In this document: positions 9,968 through 17,802 of the stretch, in pieces
Position numbering within the stretch: position 1 is the first letter of the stretch
How the letters are laid out: the number at the start of each line of letters is the position of its first letter
DNA from: Methanobacteriota archaeon
Lineage (GTDB): Archaea; Thermoplasmatota; Thermoplasmata; UBA10834
NCBI GenBank assembly: GCA_020347565.1
Contig: CP070732.1
Span: forward strand, 514,681-578,680
DNA length: 64,000 nt
Reading direction: 5' to 3'
Made by a program: the position numbers and the translations under genes
The notes under the pieces: generated by a model
Database searches by the model: none
Seen by the model: only the letters and a program-made list of their open reading frames with translations
What the model was told of the DNA's origin: nothing

Positions 9968-10222
9968 TCACTCGACGGGCTCAGATTGGCTGGACTCATA
10001 GTCGTACTCGTACGCGCTCGTGTAGTTGTAGTCGTAGCTCAAGGGGCCAAGTTCGCCCTCGCCCGACCACTTCCACTCGTGCATGTGGGCCCACTGGTGT
10101 GCCCCGTCCGTTCCGGAGCCGCTCCCCAAAGCTTCGGCAACGGCTCCTGACGCGACTGCAGCGCCCGCGACGCCCACCACGGCCACTACGCCGACTATTG
10201 CCATGAGCAGAGTCGTTTTCAT
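9968..10222 (-). CDS. small secreted His/Trp/Tyr-rich protein (84 aa)
   Basis: SD-like GGAGGTG upstream; MKTT followed by a hydrophobic signal/anchor; HQWAHMHEWKW and YDYNYTSAYEYDY segments. Confidence 0.7.
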   Translation of the reverse strand: MKTTLLMAIVGVVAVVGVAGAAVASGAVAEALGSGSGTDGAHQWAHMHEWKWSGEGELGPLSYDYNYTSAYEYDYESSQSEPVE

Positions 10223-10297
10223 CTTCGTGCACCTCCGTGTCCGCACCGGGCTGTGATATGCGCAATACCCGGTGCGTCCTCGATGTACAAGTTTGGA

Positions 10298-10358
10298 TGA
10301 AAAGGTATATGGATGCTGCGTGAAAAGTCCCCGAATCCTTTTCACTTGCGTGAAAAGT
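10298..10358. promoter_or_regulatory. putative operator: palindrome CTTTTCAC-N4-GTGAAAAG plus repeated half-sites
   Basis: Perfect 8-bp inverted repeat at 10338-10357; TGCGTGAAAAGT direct repeat at 10317 and 10347; a further TGAAAAG at 10298. Confidence 0.6.
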
Positions 10359-10376
10359 GGCTCAGCAACCGCCAGT

Positions 10377-10940
10377 TCATTCGTCCTGGAGGACGATCTT
10401 CACGAGGTTCGTGGAACCATGCCTCTGCTTGGTGATGACACCCTTCTCGTCGAGTCTGTCGAGCACGCGCGAGACCTTGGCGTTCGACATCCCTGTGGCC
10501 TTGATGAGATTCTTCTGCAGGGCCTCCCCTCCTGCGTCCATAACGGCCTTGTACATGGTTCTCTCGTCCCCGCTGAGCAGTCGCAGGACGAGATATCTCT
10601 CGCGGGCTCTGTAGTCTGCCGATGGAGCGTCTGCCGTATCGTGACGGGCGCCTTCGTCGCGCCCCTCCTCTTTCGGCGGAGGCGGCGGCGGCCTTGCCGG
10701 CGCCATCGACGGAGGGAGCGGCTCATACTCCTCTCTGAGGAGTATGAACATGAGCGCAATCGCTATTAGGAACGACGAAACGACAATGATGGCGAGTCCG
10801 GTCGAGCTGTATACATGCCTGTCGCCCATTCCGGGCGTGCTCACGCCCTCGTCCGTCCGCTCCGAGATTATCGCATACGCCAGGAGCACAACCGCGACGG
10901 TGGCTATGGAGGCGGCAGCGATCTTATGCCACTTCGCCAT
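10377..10940 (-). CDS. membrane-tethered winged-helix transcriptional regulator (COG2512-like)
   Basis: Two TM helices, a Pro-rich linker, and the wHTH GGEALQKNLIKATGMSNAKVSRVLDRLDEKGVITKQRHG. Confidence 0.85.
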   Translation of the reverse strand: MAKWHKIAAASIATVAVVLLAYAIISERTDEGVSTPGMGDRHVYSSTGLAIIVVSSFLIAIALMFILLREEYEPLPPSMAPARPPPPPPKEEGRDEGARHDTADAPSADYRARERYLVLRLLSGDERTMYKAVMDAGGEALQKNLIKATGMSNAKVSRVLDRLDEKGVITKQRHGSTNLVKIVLQDE

Positions 10941-11091
10941 CAGGACCCCTCCGAAGTCGCAGACATGTTGCCGAGTTAACAACACGCTGTGTATTTCTAT
11001 CCTTCTGACGACGTATGGCCTGCGGCCGGGTGGCGCCGGGGGTCAAATTAAAGAGGGCACCCGTCATTAATGCCGGAAGGAGAAGGACACT

Positions 11092-11562
11092 TTGGGCGAC
11101 GGAAGGATCTCCAAGGACCGCTATTTCATGAACATAGCCATAGAGGTCTCCCGCAGGAGCACATGCTCGCGGAGGCAGATAGGGGCCATCATCGTCAGCG
11201 ACGTCGGGGAGATCAAGAGCACTGGATACAACGGCAACCCGAGGGGGCTCCCTCACTGCGACGAGGTAGGATGCATACGCGACCAGCTTGGCATACCCTC
11301 GGGGACGCGCCTCGAGACGTGTACGGCCGTCCATGCCGAGCAGAACGCCCTCATACAGGCCGGCACCAACTCGCGCGGGTCCACGCTGTACTCCACCATC
11401 GTCCCCTGCCCCATATGCGCGCGTATGATTCTAAACGCGCAGGTCGCCCGTGTTGTGTACATCGGCAGCTACTCCGACCTCGCCGGGCTTGATCTCCTGA
11501 AGCAGGCGAGGGTAGAGGTCCTCAGGATGGACCCCAAGGACTTCGAGGATAAGCCTATCTGA
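11092..11562 (+). CDS. dCMP deaminase (ComEB family)
   Basis: RSTC..RQIGA, TGYNG, HAEQNA and PCPIC zinc motifs. Confidence 0.92.
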   Translation: MGDGRISKDRYFMNIAIEVSRRSTCSRRQIGAIIVSDVGEIKSTGYNGNPRGLPHCDEVGCIRDQLGIPSGTRLETCTAVHAEQNALIQAGTNSRGSTLYSTIVPCPICARMILNAQVARVVYIGSYSDLAGLDLLKQARVEVLRMDPKDFEDKPI

Positions 11563-11585
11563 TTCGGATAGCTCCAAAGCAACAC

Positions 11586-12917
11586 TCATGCAGTAGGAGG
11601 GACTCCGTACATCTTGGTGGTGTAGAAGTATTCCATTAGCACCAGGTCCCAGCCAGTGTCTTCAACGAAGTCGAGTCCGACAGCGTTGTATATCCTCTCG
11701 AGTGCGTCCCAGTGCACCTCGAAGACGCCTATCGACGGGCACACGAACACGGAGAGCCCTGTGACCACGTCTTTCGTCCTCCAGCTGGACCAGTCGTGTA
11801 CGACGACGGCGTCGGTCGATCCCACGATAGCGTCGCATGCAGCGGCGACATCGGGATACTGGCCACGGATACTGTTGCTGAACTCGGAGAACATGGTTTT
11901 GATGTCGGGATAGAACCAAGTGCCCATGTTGTTGGTCCACAACGACGCGTCGGCGTATACGGCCGCATCTTTGAACGGCTTGCCGAGCACCGCGTCCTTG
12001 GGAAGCACGGTGTCCCTGAAGTCAACGAATGCGTCCTTCAGCGGACCCAGCGCTCGAAGGTCGATGACCGACAGCGAGGCGAAGTCCTGCATGTACGGAT
12101 AGAGTGTCGGATAGGTGCCGAGCGGCGCCGAGTACCACTCACCGTAGTCGTCGACGATCTTACAGGCGAGCTCCTCGGGTGTGATGTCGGGGTCATCCGA
12201 TAGGCCAGACAGGAGTGCTATGTAGTTCTGGCCGTCGAATGGAACGCCCAGGACCGACGCTACCATGTACGAGGCCGTATCCCTGAGTTCGTAGGCCACC
12301 TCAACAATTCCAAGAGTGCACGCGTCAAGCGATATGATGTCGATTTCGCCTCCGGAGATCGCCAGTCCGTCGCGGATGCCGCTGCCGAGGCCGTCTATCG
12401 ACATCCACATCTTGGCCTGGTTGGAGTCGGGAAGTCCTTCGTCACAGCAAAGCCCGAGATAGCCGTTGCCGTGGTCCTGCACGATCAGCATGAAGTTGTC
12501 AGCCTTGAGCGCCGGTTCAGTCAGGGAGTAGTTTAGGAACGAACTCAGCGTTTCCGGCGATGACGAGTTGACCTCGCCCAGGTCTTTGGTCTCCTGCCAT
12601 CCCTCCTCTGTGAGCGTGCTGATGTTCGCCGACGCGTCATACCGGTCCAAGAACACGCTCAGCGCAATATCCTCGCGATTCGTCAGCTGCTCGATCCACA
12701 TGTCTATGAAGTAGTCTGTGTACTCATCCAGGTCGTTGTCACTCACCCAGTACATCGCAATCGTCCATTTCCTCTGTCCGTGGTCTTCCGGGACGACTTC
12801 CTCCGGCACGCCGTTGGAGGGCTGTCCGGTGGACGCAACGCTGCCGAGGCACTCCAGAATCACTACTGCTGTCACTACGACAGCTGCTACTCTGCAAACC
12901 TCGTCTCTCTCAATCAA
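11586..12917 (-). CDS. secreted clostripain-family (C11) cysteine peptidase
   Basis: Signal peptide, WTIAMYWVSDNDL, and the catalytic DHGNG and LDAC motifs. Confidence 0.85.
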   Translation of the reverse strand: MIERDEVCRVAAVVVTAVVILECLGSVASTGQPSNGVPEEVVPEDHGQRKWTIAMYWVSDNDLDEYTDYFIDMWIEQLTNREDIALSVFLDRYDASANISTLTEEGWQETKDLGEVNSSSPETLSSFLNYSLTEPALKADNFMLIVQDHGNGYLGLCCDEGLPDSNQAKMWMSIDGLGSGIRDGLAISGGEIDIISLDACTLGIVEVAYELRDTASYMVASVLGVPFDGQNYIALLSGLSDDPDITPEELACKIVDDYGEWYSAPLGTYPTLYPYMQDFASLSVIDLRALGPLKDAFVDFRDTVLPKDAVLGKPFKDAAVYADASLWTNNMGTWFYPDIKTMFSEFSNSIRGQYPDVAAACDAIVGSTDAVVVHDWSSWRTKDVVTGLSVFVCPSIGVFEVHWDALERIYNAVGLDFVEDTGWDLVLMEYFYTTKMYGVPPTA

Positions 12918-13243
12918 GGCTTCTCCCCCGCAAGAGGCGTGCTGTTCGGTCGCGAATCCCCCTCTTGCAGGTCAGACGAGTCTCAGCGAGCTATATAAGA
13001 ACTCTCCGAGTCAGCGTACATCCGATGCACGGATATGGGCCTCGCCTCCTGCCGGAGAGCGCCTCCGATCACGGAGAAGGCGCGTATCGGCTGTCATCTC
13101 TTCCTTACATCGTCACGGTTCGTATTCGCGAGGAAGCGGACTACGCGCAGATGACGTCGTGTCTGCACGCCGTGGCGTATACGTGGCAGACCTCGGAGTC
13201 TATTTATATCGTGACGGCATCAGCAGTCAGGGGCGTGTCAGTT

Positions 13244-13570
13244 TTGAGCAAGGCTGAGATCCTCAACAAGATACGCGACGCTGAGGATAAGGTCGAGGTC
13301 CTCATCAAAGAGGCGGAGGAGAAGAGGAAGCAACTCCAAGCCGAAGGCAAGCGCCAGGCCTTGGAGAAGATCGAGGCGGCCGAGGCTGCGCTCATGAAGG
13401 AGATGGACGCCAAGCAGGTCGCCGCCAAGGCCGCCGTCGAGACTCGCAAGAAGGCGGTTTTAGAAGAAGGCAGGAGACGCGCCGAAGCGCTGGAGTCGAA
13501 CGCCAAGAAAGCGGCGGTCAAGGCGAAGGCTTTCGTCCTATCCGAGTTTGAGAGGGCAGCGGATGCTTAG
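13244..13570 (+). CDS. atpH: A-type ATP synthase subunit H
   Basis: Charged coiled coil SKAEILNKIRDAE; first gene of the operon; TTG start inferred. Confidence 0.85.
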   Translation: MSKAEILNKIRDAEDKVEVLIKEAEEKRKQLQAEGKRQALEKIEAAEAALMKEMDAKQVAAKAAVETRKKAVLEEGRRRAEALESNAKKAAVKAKAFVLSEFERAADA

Positions 13571-15584
13571 ACCTGAGCAGATGACAAGGGTCGTCGTGGT
13601 CGGCTCGATCGATAGTCTCAGCTCCGCGATTGACCGACTCTACGAACTCGGCGCCCTTCATCTGATCGATTTCAACGAGCAGGACGAAGATTTTCGCATA
13701 GGCCAGCCGCTGCCCGTCGCCTCTTCGGCGTCGAAGCGGCTACTCAAGCTGAGGGCCATGGTCAGGTCTCTGGAGATTGGCGAGCACAAACCATCGGACA
13801 AGCCGGACGTCGCCGAGATCGAGTCGCGCCTTGACCAGGTTCTCGTCACAATGGATCTGAGCATCTCCGGGATGGCAGATTCCAAGCAGAAGATCCAGTC
13901 CGTGATTCGTGAGAAGCAGGCGGAAATCCACACACTCGAGCCCTTCGCATCGCTCGGTCTGAAGGTCGAGGACTTCAGAGGATATTCGAGCGTTTCCGTG
14001 CTGTCCGGCCTATGCAAGACCGACCCGGAAGGCTCTATCAAGGCGAGAATCGCCGATTACGAGTTGTTCAAGGCCGAGGCGGCCGGCGGCGTCGCCGTGG
14101 CCCTCTTCGTCAGAAGCGAGCAACAGATCGAGGCCGGACGGATACTGGCGGAACACGGCTTTCAGGAGCTGAAGCCGCCAGAGATGACTGGAAGAATAGA
14201 CCTGGTCGTGGCCAAGGCCCACGCAGACGTGTCCGAGCTGGAGAAGGACCTCGAGAGGGTCGAGACCGACCTCGAGCAGGCCAGAAAGCGCTTCGCGGAC
14301 CTCATCGTTGCGTCGGAGGAGCACTTGGCCATCGAAGTGATGAAGGCCGAGACGCCCCTCAGGATCGCGACTTCGAGCCATTCATTCGTCATAGATGGCT
14401 GGATGCCTTCGGCGAGGGTGAAGGAGATTCACGAGGCCCTCGACGAGGTCTGTTGCGGCCTCGCGTTCGTCCAGACGATGCCGGCCGAAACCAACGACGA
14501 GCCCCCCGTGAAGTTGAGGAACCCGATGCCAGTGAGGCCGTTCGAGTTCTTCATAAGCCTCGTCTCCACCCCTCGCTACAAAGAGGTCGACCCCACCTTC
14601 ATCCTGTTCCTTACGTTCCCGCTTTTCTTCGGATTCATGATCGGCGACCTGGGCTTCGGGGGAGGGCTGTTTCTGCTCGGCCTCATCATGCGCGTCAAGC
14701 TCAAGGACTCGCCGGATCTTAGGCGGCTGGGGACGATAATCCTTGCGGGAGGGCTTGTGGCGAGCGTGTTCGGACTGTTCGTCTTCGCGGAGGCGTTTGG
14801 CGTGCCTTTCCACCCACCCGAGGAGGCGCACGACGAGTACTCGTGGGAGGGAGTCGCAAACATACCAATACATCCGGCGCTCGATAAGATGCATGATATC
14901 AAGGAGCTGCTGGCCCTCTCCATACTGGCGGGATGGCTCCATCTGACGCTTGGCTTCGTGTTCGGCTTCATGAACCACTACGGGCACAATACCAGGCATG
15001 CCATCGCGAAGGTCGCGTGGCTGCCGATACTCTTCGGTATGTTCGTCGAGATGATGACCATCGCTGGCAACGCGACGGCGACGAGCGAGATAATCAACTC
15101 CACCATACTCGTGGTCGTGCCCGACGTTACAACGACTGTCGTGGGCACGCTGGTGTCGATACCGGCCGTCGCACTCATCGTGGTCGGAGTCGTCGCCCTG
15201 CCGTTCACGGAGGGCGCCCTCGGCCTGACGGAGGTGATAGGGCTCTTCACGAACCTCGTGTCCTACACAAGGCTAGCCGCCCTCGCAGTGGGCAAGGGGG
15301 CCATGGCGCTCGCCTTCAACACGATGCTCTTTCCGCTCATATTCGACAGCGGTAACATCGGCATAGTCATCGCTGGTGCGCTGGCGCTGTTCGTCACGCA
15401 GATGTTCTTCGTCTTCTTCCTCGGCGCCCTATCCGCCGGGATCCAGGCGATCAGGCTGAACTACGTCGAGTTCTTCCTGAAATTCTTCGAGGGAGGAGGA
15501 GTAGACTTCGAACCTTTGAAGTACGAGAGAAAGCACTCGATAGGAAAGACGGCAAAGAAGGAGGTATGGAATGCTAGAGTTTGA
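13563..15584 (+). CDS. atpI: A-type ATP synthase subunit I (a)
   Basis: PRYKEVDPT, FFGFMIGDLG, SYTRLAAL and IRLNYVEFF. Confidence 0.95.
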   Translation: MLRPEQMTRVVVVGSIDSLSSAIDRLYELGALHLIDFNEQDEDFRIGQPLPVASSASKRLLKLRAMVRSLEIGEHKPSDKPDVAEIESRLDQVLVTMDLSISGMADSKQKIQSVIREKQAEIHTLEPFASLGLKVEDFRGYSSVSVLSGLCKTDPEGSIKARIADYELFKAEAAGGVAVALFVRSEQQIEAGRILAEHGFQELKPPEMTGRIDLVVAKAHADVSELEKDLERVETDLEQARKRFADLIVASEEHLAIEVMKAETPLRIATSSHSFVIDGWMPSARVKEIHEALDEVCCGLAFVQTMPAETNDEPPVKLRNPMPVRPFEFFISLVSTPRYKEVDPTFILFLTFPLFFGFMIGDLGFGGGLFLLGLIMRVKLKDSPDLRRLGTIILAGGLVASVFGLFVFAEAFGVPFHPPEEAHDEYSWEGVANIPIHPALDKMHDIKELLALSILAGWLHLTLGFVFGFMNHYGHNTRHAIAKVAWLPILFGMFVEMMTIAGNATATSEIINSTILVVVPDVTTTVVGTLVSIPAVALIVVGVVALPFTEGALGLTEVIGLFTNLVSYTRLAALAVGKGAMALAFNTMLFPLIFDSGNIGIVIAGALALFVTQMFFVFFLGALSAGIQAIRLNYVEFFLKFFEGGGVDFEPLKYERKHSIGKTAKKEVWNARV

Positions 15585-15798
15585 CGCACAGGGACTGGCG
15601 CTGATCGGCGCCGGAGTCGCGCTCGGACTGGCGGGACTCGGCACCGGATTGGCGCAGGGACAGATCGGAGCGGCAGCGGTCGGCGCGACCGCTGAGGACC
15701 CAAAGATGTTTGGGAAGGGCATGATCCTCATGGTCCTTCCCGAGACCATCGTGATCCTGGGCTTCGTCGTCGCGTTCCTGTTGTACGGAAAGGTGTAG
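15571..15798 (+). CDS. atpK: A-type ATP synthase subunit K (c)
   Basis: Single-hairpin proteolipid with GAAAVGATAEDP...LPET. Confidence 0.95.
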   Translation: MLEFDAQGLALIGAGVALGLAGLGTGLAQGQIGAAAVGATAEDPKMFGKGMILMVLPETIVILGFVVAFLLYGKV

Positions 15799-15858
15799 CC
15801 ACGCCCGCGGAGACGGGCTGAAAACAGGCAGACGCGTATACGATAGAGCGTGAGTTCC

Positions 15859-16416
15859 ATGGGCTTGGAGAAGTTAGTGGAAGACATACTCCTGAAGGGG
15901 GACGAGCGGGCGCAGGAGATAATCCGCCAGGGAGAGGCCGAACGCGATGATCAAATCCTCGCAGCCGACGACCAGATACGACTGGCGCGTGAGAAGGCGG
16001 AGAAGAAGGCCGACGCGCAGATCTCCCAGATGGAACAGCACGAGCTTTCGAGCGCGGAGCTCGAGTCGAGGAAGACGCTCCTCGCGGCCCAGAGGGAGGT
16101 CTTGGAGGATTTGAAGGAGCGGTCTCTCGCCGAACTCGCCAACTATCCGTCGGATAGGCGTGAGAAGCTGTACGACAGCCTCTCCGCGAAGGCGAAAGCC
16201 ATCCTGGGCGAGTGCGTCGTGTACTCGAACTCGGCAGACGGTGTCCTGCTCAAGCCTCCGGCAGGCGTCATAAAAGGGGGCGAGATAGACTGCGTTGGCG
16301 GGCTCGTGTTCGAGAGCAGGGACGGCAGCGTACGCCTGGACTACCGGTTCGAGACCTTATTGGAGGAGGTCTGGAACAGGAAGATGAGCGAGATATACTC
16401 CCAGCTGTTCGGGTGA
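15859..16416 (+). CDS. atpE: A-type ATP synthase subunit E
   Basis: MGLEKLVEDI; GGLVFES..GSVRLDYRFE. Confidence 0.92.
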   Translation: MGLEKLVEDILLKGDERAQEIIRQGEAERDDQILAADDQIRLAREKAEKKADAQISQMEQHELSSAELESRKTLLAAQREVLEDLKERSLAELANYPSDRREKLYDSLSAKAKAILGECVVYSNSADGVLLKPPAGVIKGGEIDCVGGLVFESRDGSVRLDYRFETLLEEVWNRKMSEIYSQLFG

Positions 16417-16422
16417 CGCCGG

Positions 16423-17481
16423 ATGAAGGTCATAGGACGGAGAGGTAACTACGCATACGCTTGCGCACGCGTTAAAGCGCGGAAGAAGTTCCTCCTGTCC
16501 AAGGACGTGTACTCTCGCCTGCTCGTGATGGACGTGCACGAGATCGGCAGGTTCCTCGGCGAGACCCAGTACCGCGAGGAGATGACGCAGTTCGCATCGA
16601 AGTACACCGGAGCGAACATGGTCGAAGTCGCGGTCACGAGGAACCTCGCAATGACGTGTTCGGAGATCCTGCGTTTCACAACGGGCAACCTCAGGAACAT
16701 GGTCGGCAACTATCTGAGGCGCTGGGACACGTTCAATGTGAAGACCGTCTTAAGAGGCAAGTTCTCGGGAGTCGGTGAAGAGGAAATCGTCGATACGCTT
16801 GTCCCCGCGGGGGCGTTCACCGAGGCGTACTTGAAATCCCTCGTGGCGATGGAGGGCACCGGGTTGATCATGGAGGAGCTGTCGAAGCAGCCATCCCTCA
16901 GAATAACGCCAGAGCTCGAGAGGGAGGTGGTCGAGGCCGGGAAGCTCGCCCCGTTCGAGGACCATCTGGATATGATGATGTACTACGACCTCCTCGACGT
17001 GATCGAGCCGACCAACAGCGCCACAGCGCTGCTCAGGGATTTCGTGCGGAGGGAGATAGACGTGACGAACCTGAAGGTGCTCCTGAAGCTGAAGGCCGAG
17101 GGGCTTCCGGAGGAGAAGGTTCAGAAATACCTCATACCTGGGGGCATGGAGTTCAAGGCCGAGAAGCTGAGGGCTCTCGCGCAGGCCGAGGGCGTAGGCC
17201 CGATACTGGAGGAGCTCGAGAAGTCGTCCATGTACGAGACGATTAAGCCAAGCCTCGAGCGATTCAAGGAGGACGGGCGGCTGTCAGGCCTCACGATAGC
17301 GCTGGACAAGGCGCTCGTGCGGACAGCGGAGAAGTTCGGGAGGTTCTACCCCCTCTCCGTGCTGCCCATAATCGACTACCTCGTCCGCAAGAAGGTCGAG
17401 ACGGATAACATAAGGATAATCGCGAGGGGCAAGGAGATGGACCTCTCGAACGAAGTCATGAAAGAGCTGTTGGTGATATGA
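16423..17481 (+). CDS. atpC: A-type ATP synthase subunit C
   Basis: NYAYACARVKAR; EIDVTNL; NIRIIARGK. Confidence 0.93.
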   Translation: MKVIGRRGNYAYACARVKARKKFLLSKDVYSRLLVMDVHEIGRFLGETQYREEMTQFASKYTGANMVEVAVTRNLAMTCSEILRFTTGNLRNMVGNYLRRWDTFNVKTVLRGKFSGVGEEEIVDTLVPAGAFTEAYLKSLVAMEGTGLIMEELSKQPSLRITPELEREVVEAGKLAPFEDHLDMMMYYDLLDVIEPTNSATALLRDFVRREIDVTNLKVLLKLKAEGLPEEKVQKYLIPGGMEFKAEKLRALAQAEGVGPILEELEKSSMYETIKPSLERFKEDGRLSGLTIALDKALVRTAEKFGRFYPLSVLPIIDYLVRKKVETDNIRIIARGKEMDLSNEVMKELLVI

Positions 17482-17482
17482 T

Positions 17483-17782
17483 ATGGAGATAGCGGTCGTC
17501 GGGTCTGAGGAGTTCGTCGTGGGTTTCAGGCTCGCCGGCATAATGAAGGTCTACGGCGTGCCGCAGGAGAAGCTCCAGCAGACCATCCTGGAGCTGATGG
17601 AAAAGGAGGAAGTGGGAATCCTGGCCGTGCACACCGCGGACATAGAGAAGCTGCCGCAGAATCTGAGGGAGAAGATTCTGGGCAGCGTCGACCCGGTCGT
17701 GATACCCGTCGGCGAGGAGGAGGGTGACATGCGGGACAAGGTGCGCCGGGCGATGGGCATTGATCTTTACAAGGGTAAGTGA
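17483..17782 (+). CDS. atpF: A-type ATP synthase subunit F
   Basis: MEIAVVGSEEFVVGFRLAG; VRRAMGIDL. Confidence 0.93.
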   Translation: MEIAVVGSEEFVVGFRLAGIMKVYGVPQEKLQQTILELMEKEEVGILAVHTADIEKLPQNLREKILGSVDPVVIPVGEEEGDMRDKVRRAMGIDLYKGK

Positions 17783-17802
17783 TGAAGGGAGGAGCGATCC
17801 AA

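Noticed and set aside
12965-13243. Long N-terminal extensions in the ORF track (atpH here; also thiolase, guaAA, Mut7-C, ogt and the second ABC ATPase)
   Set aside because: They overlap promoters or neighbouring genes, and family homology starts at the downstream start codons, so they are not fusions.
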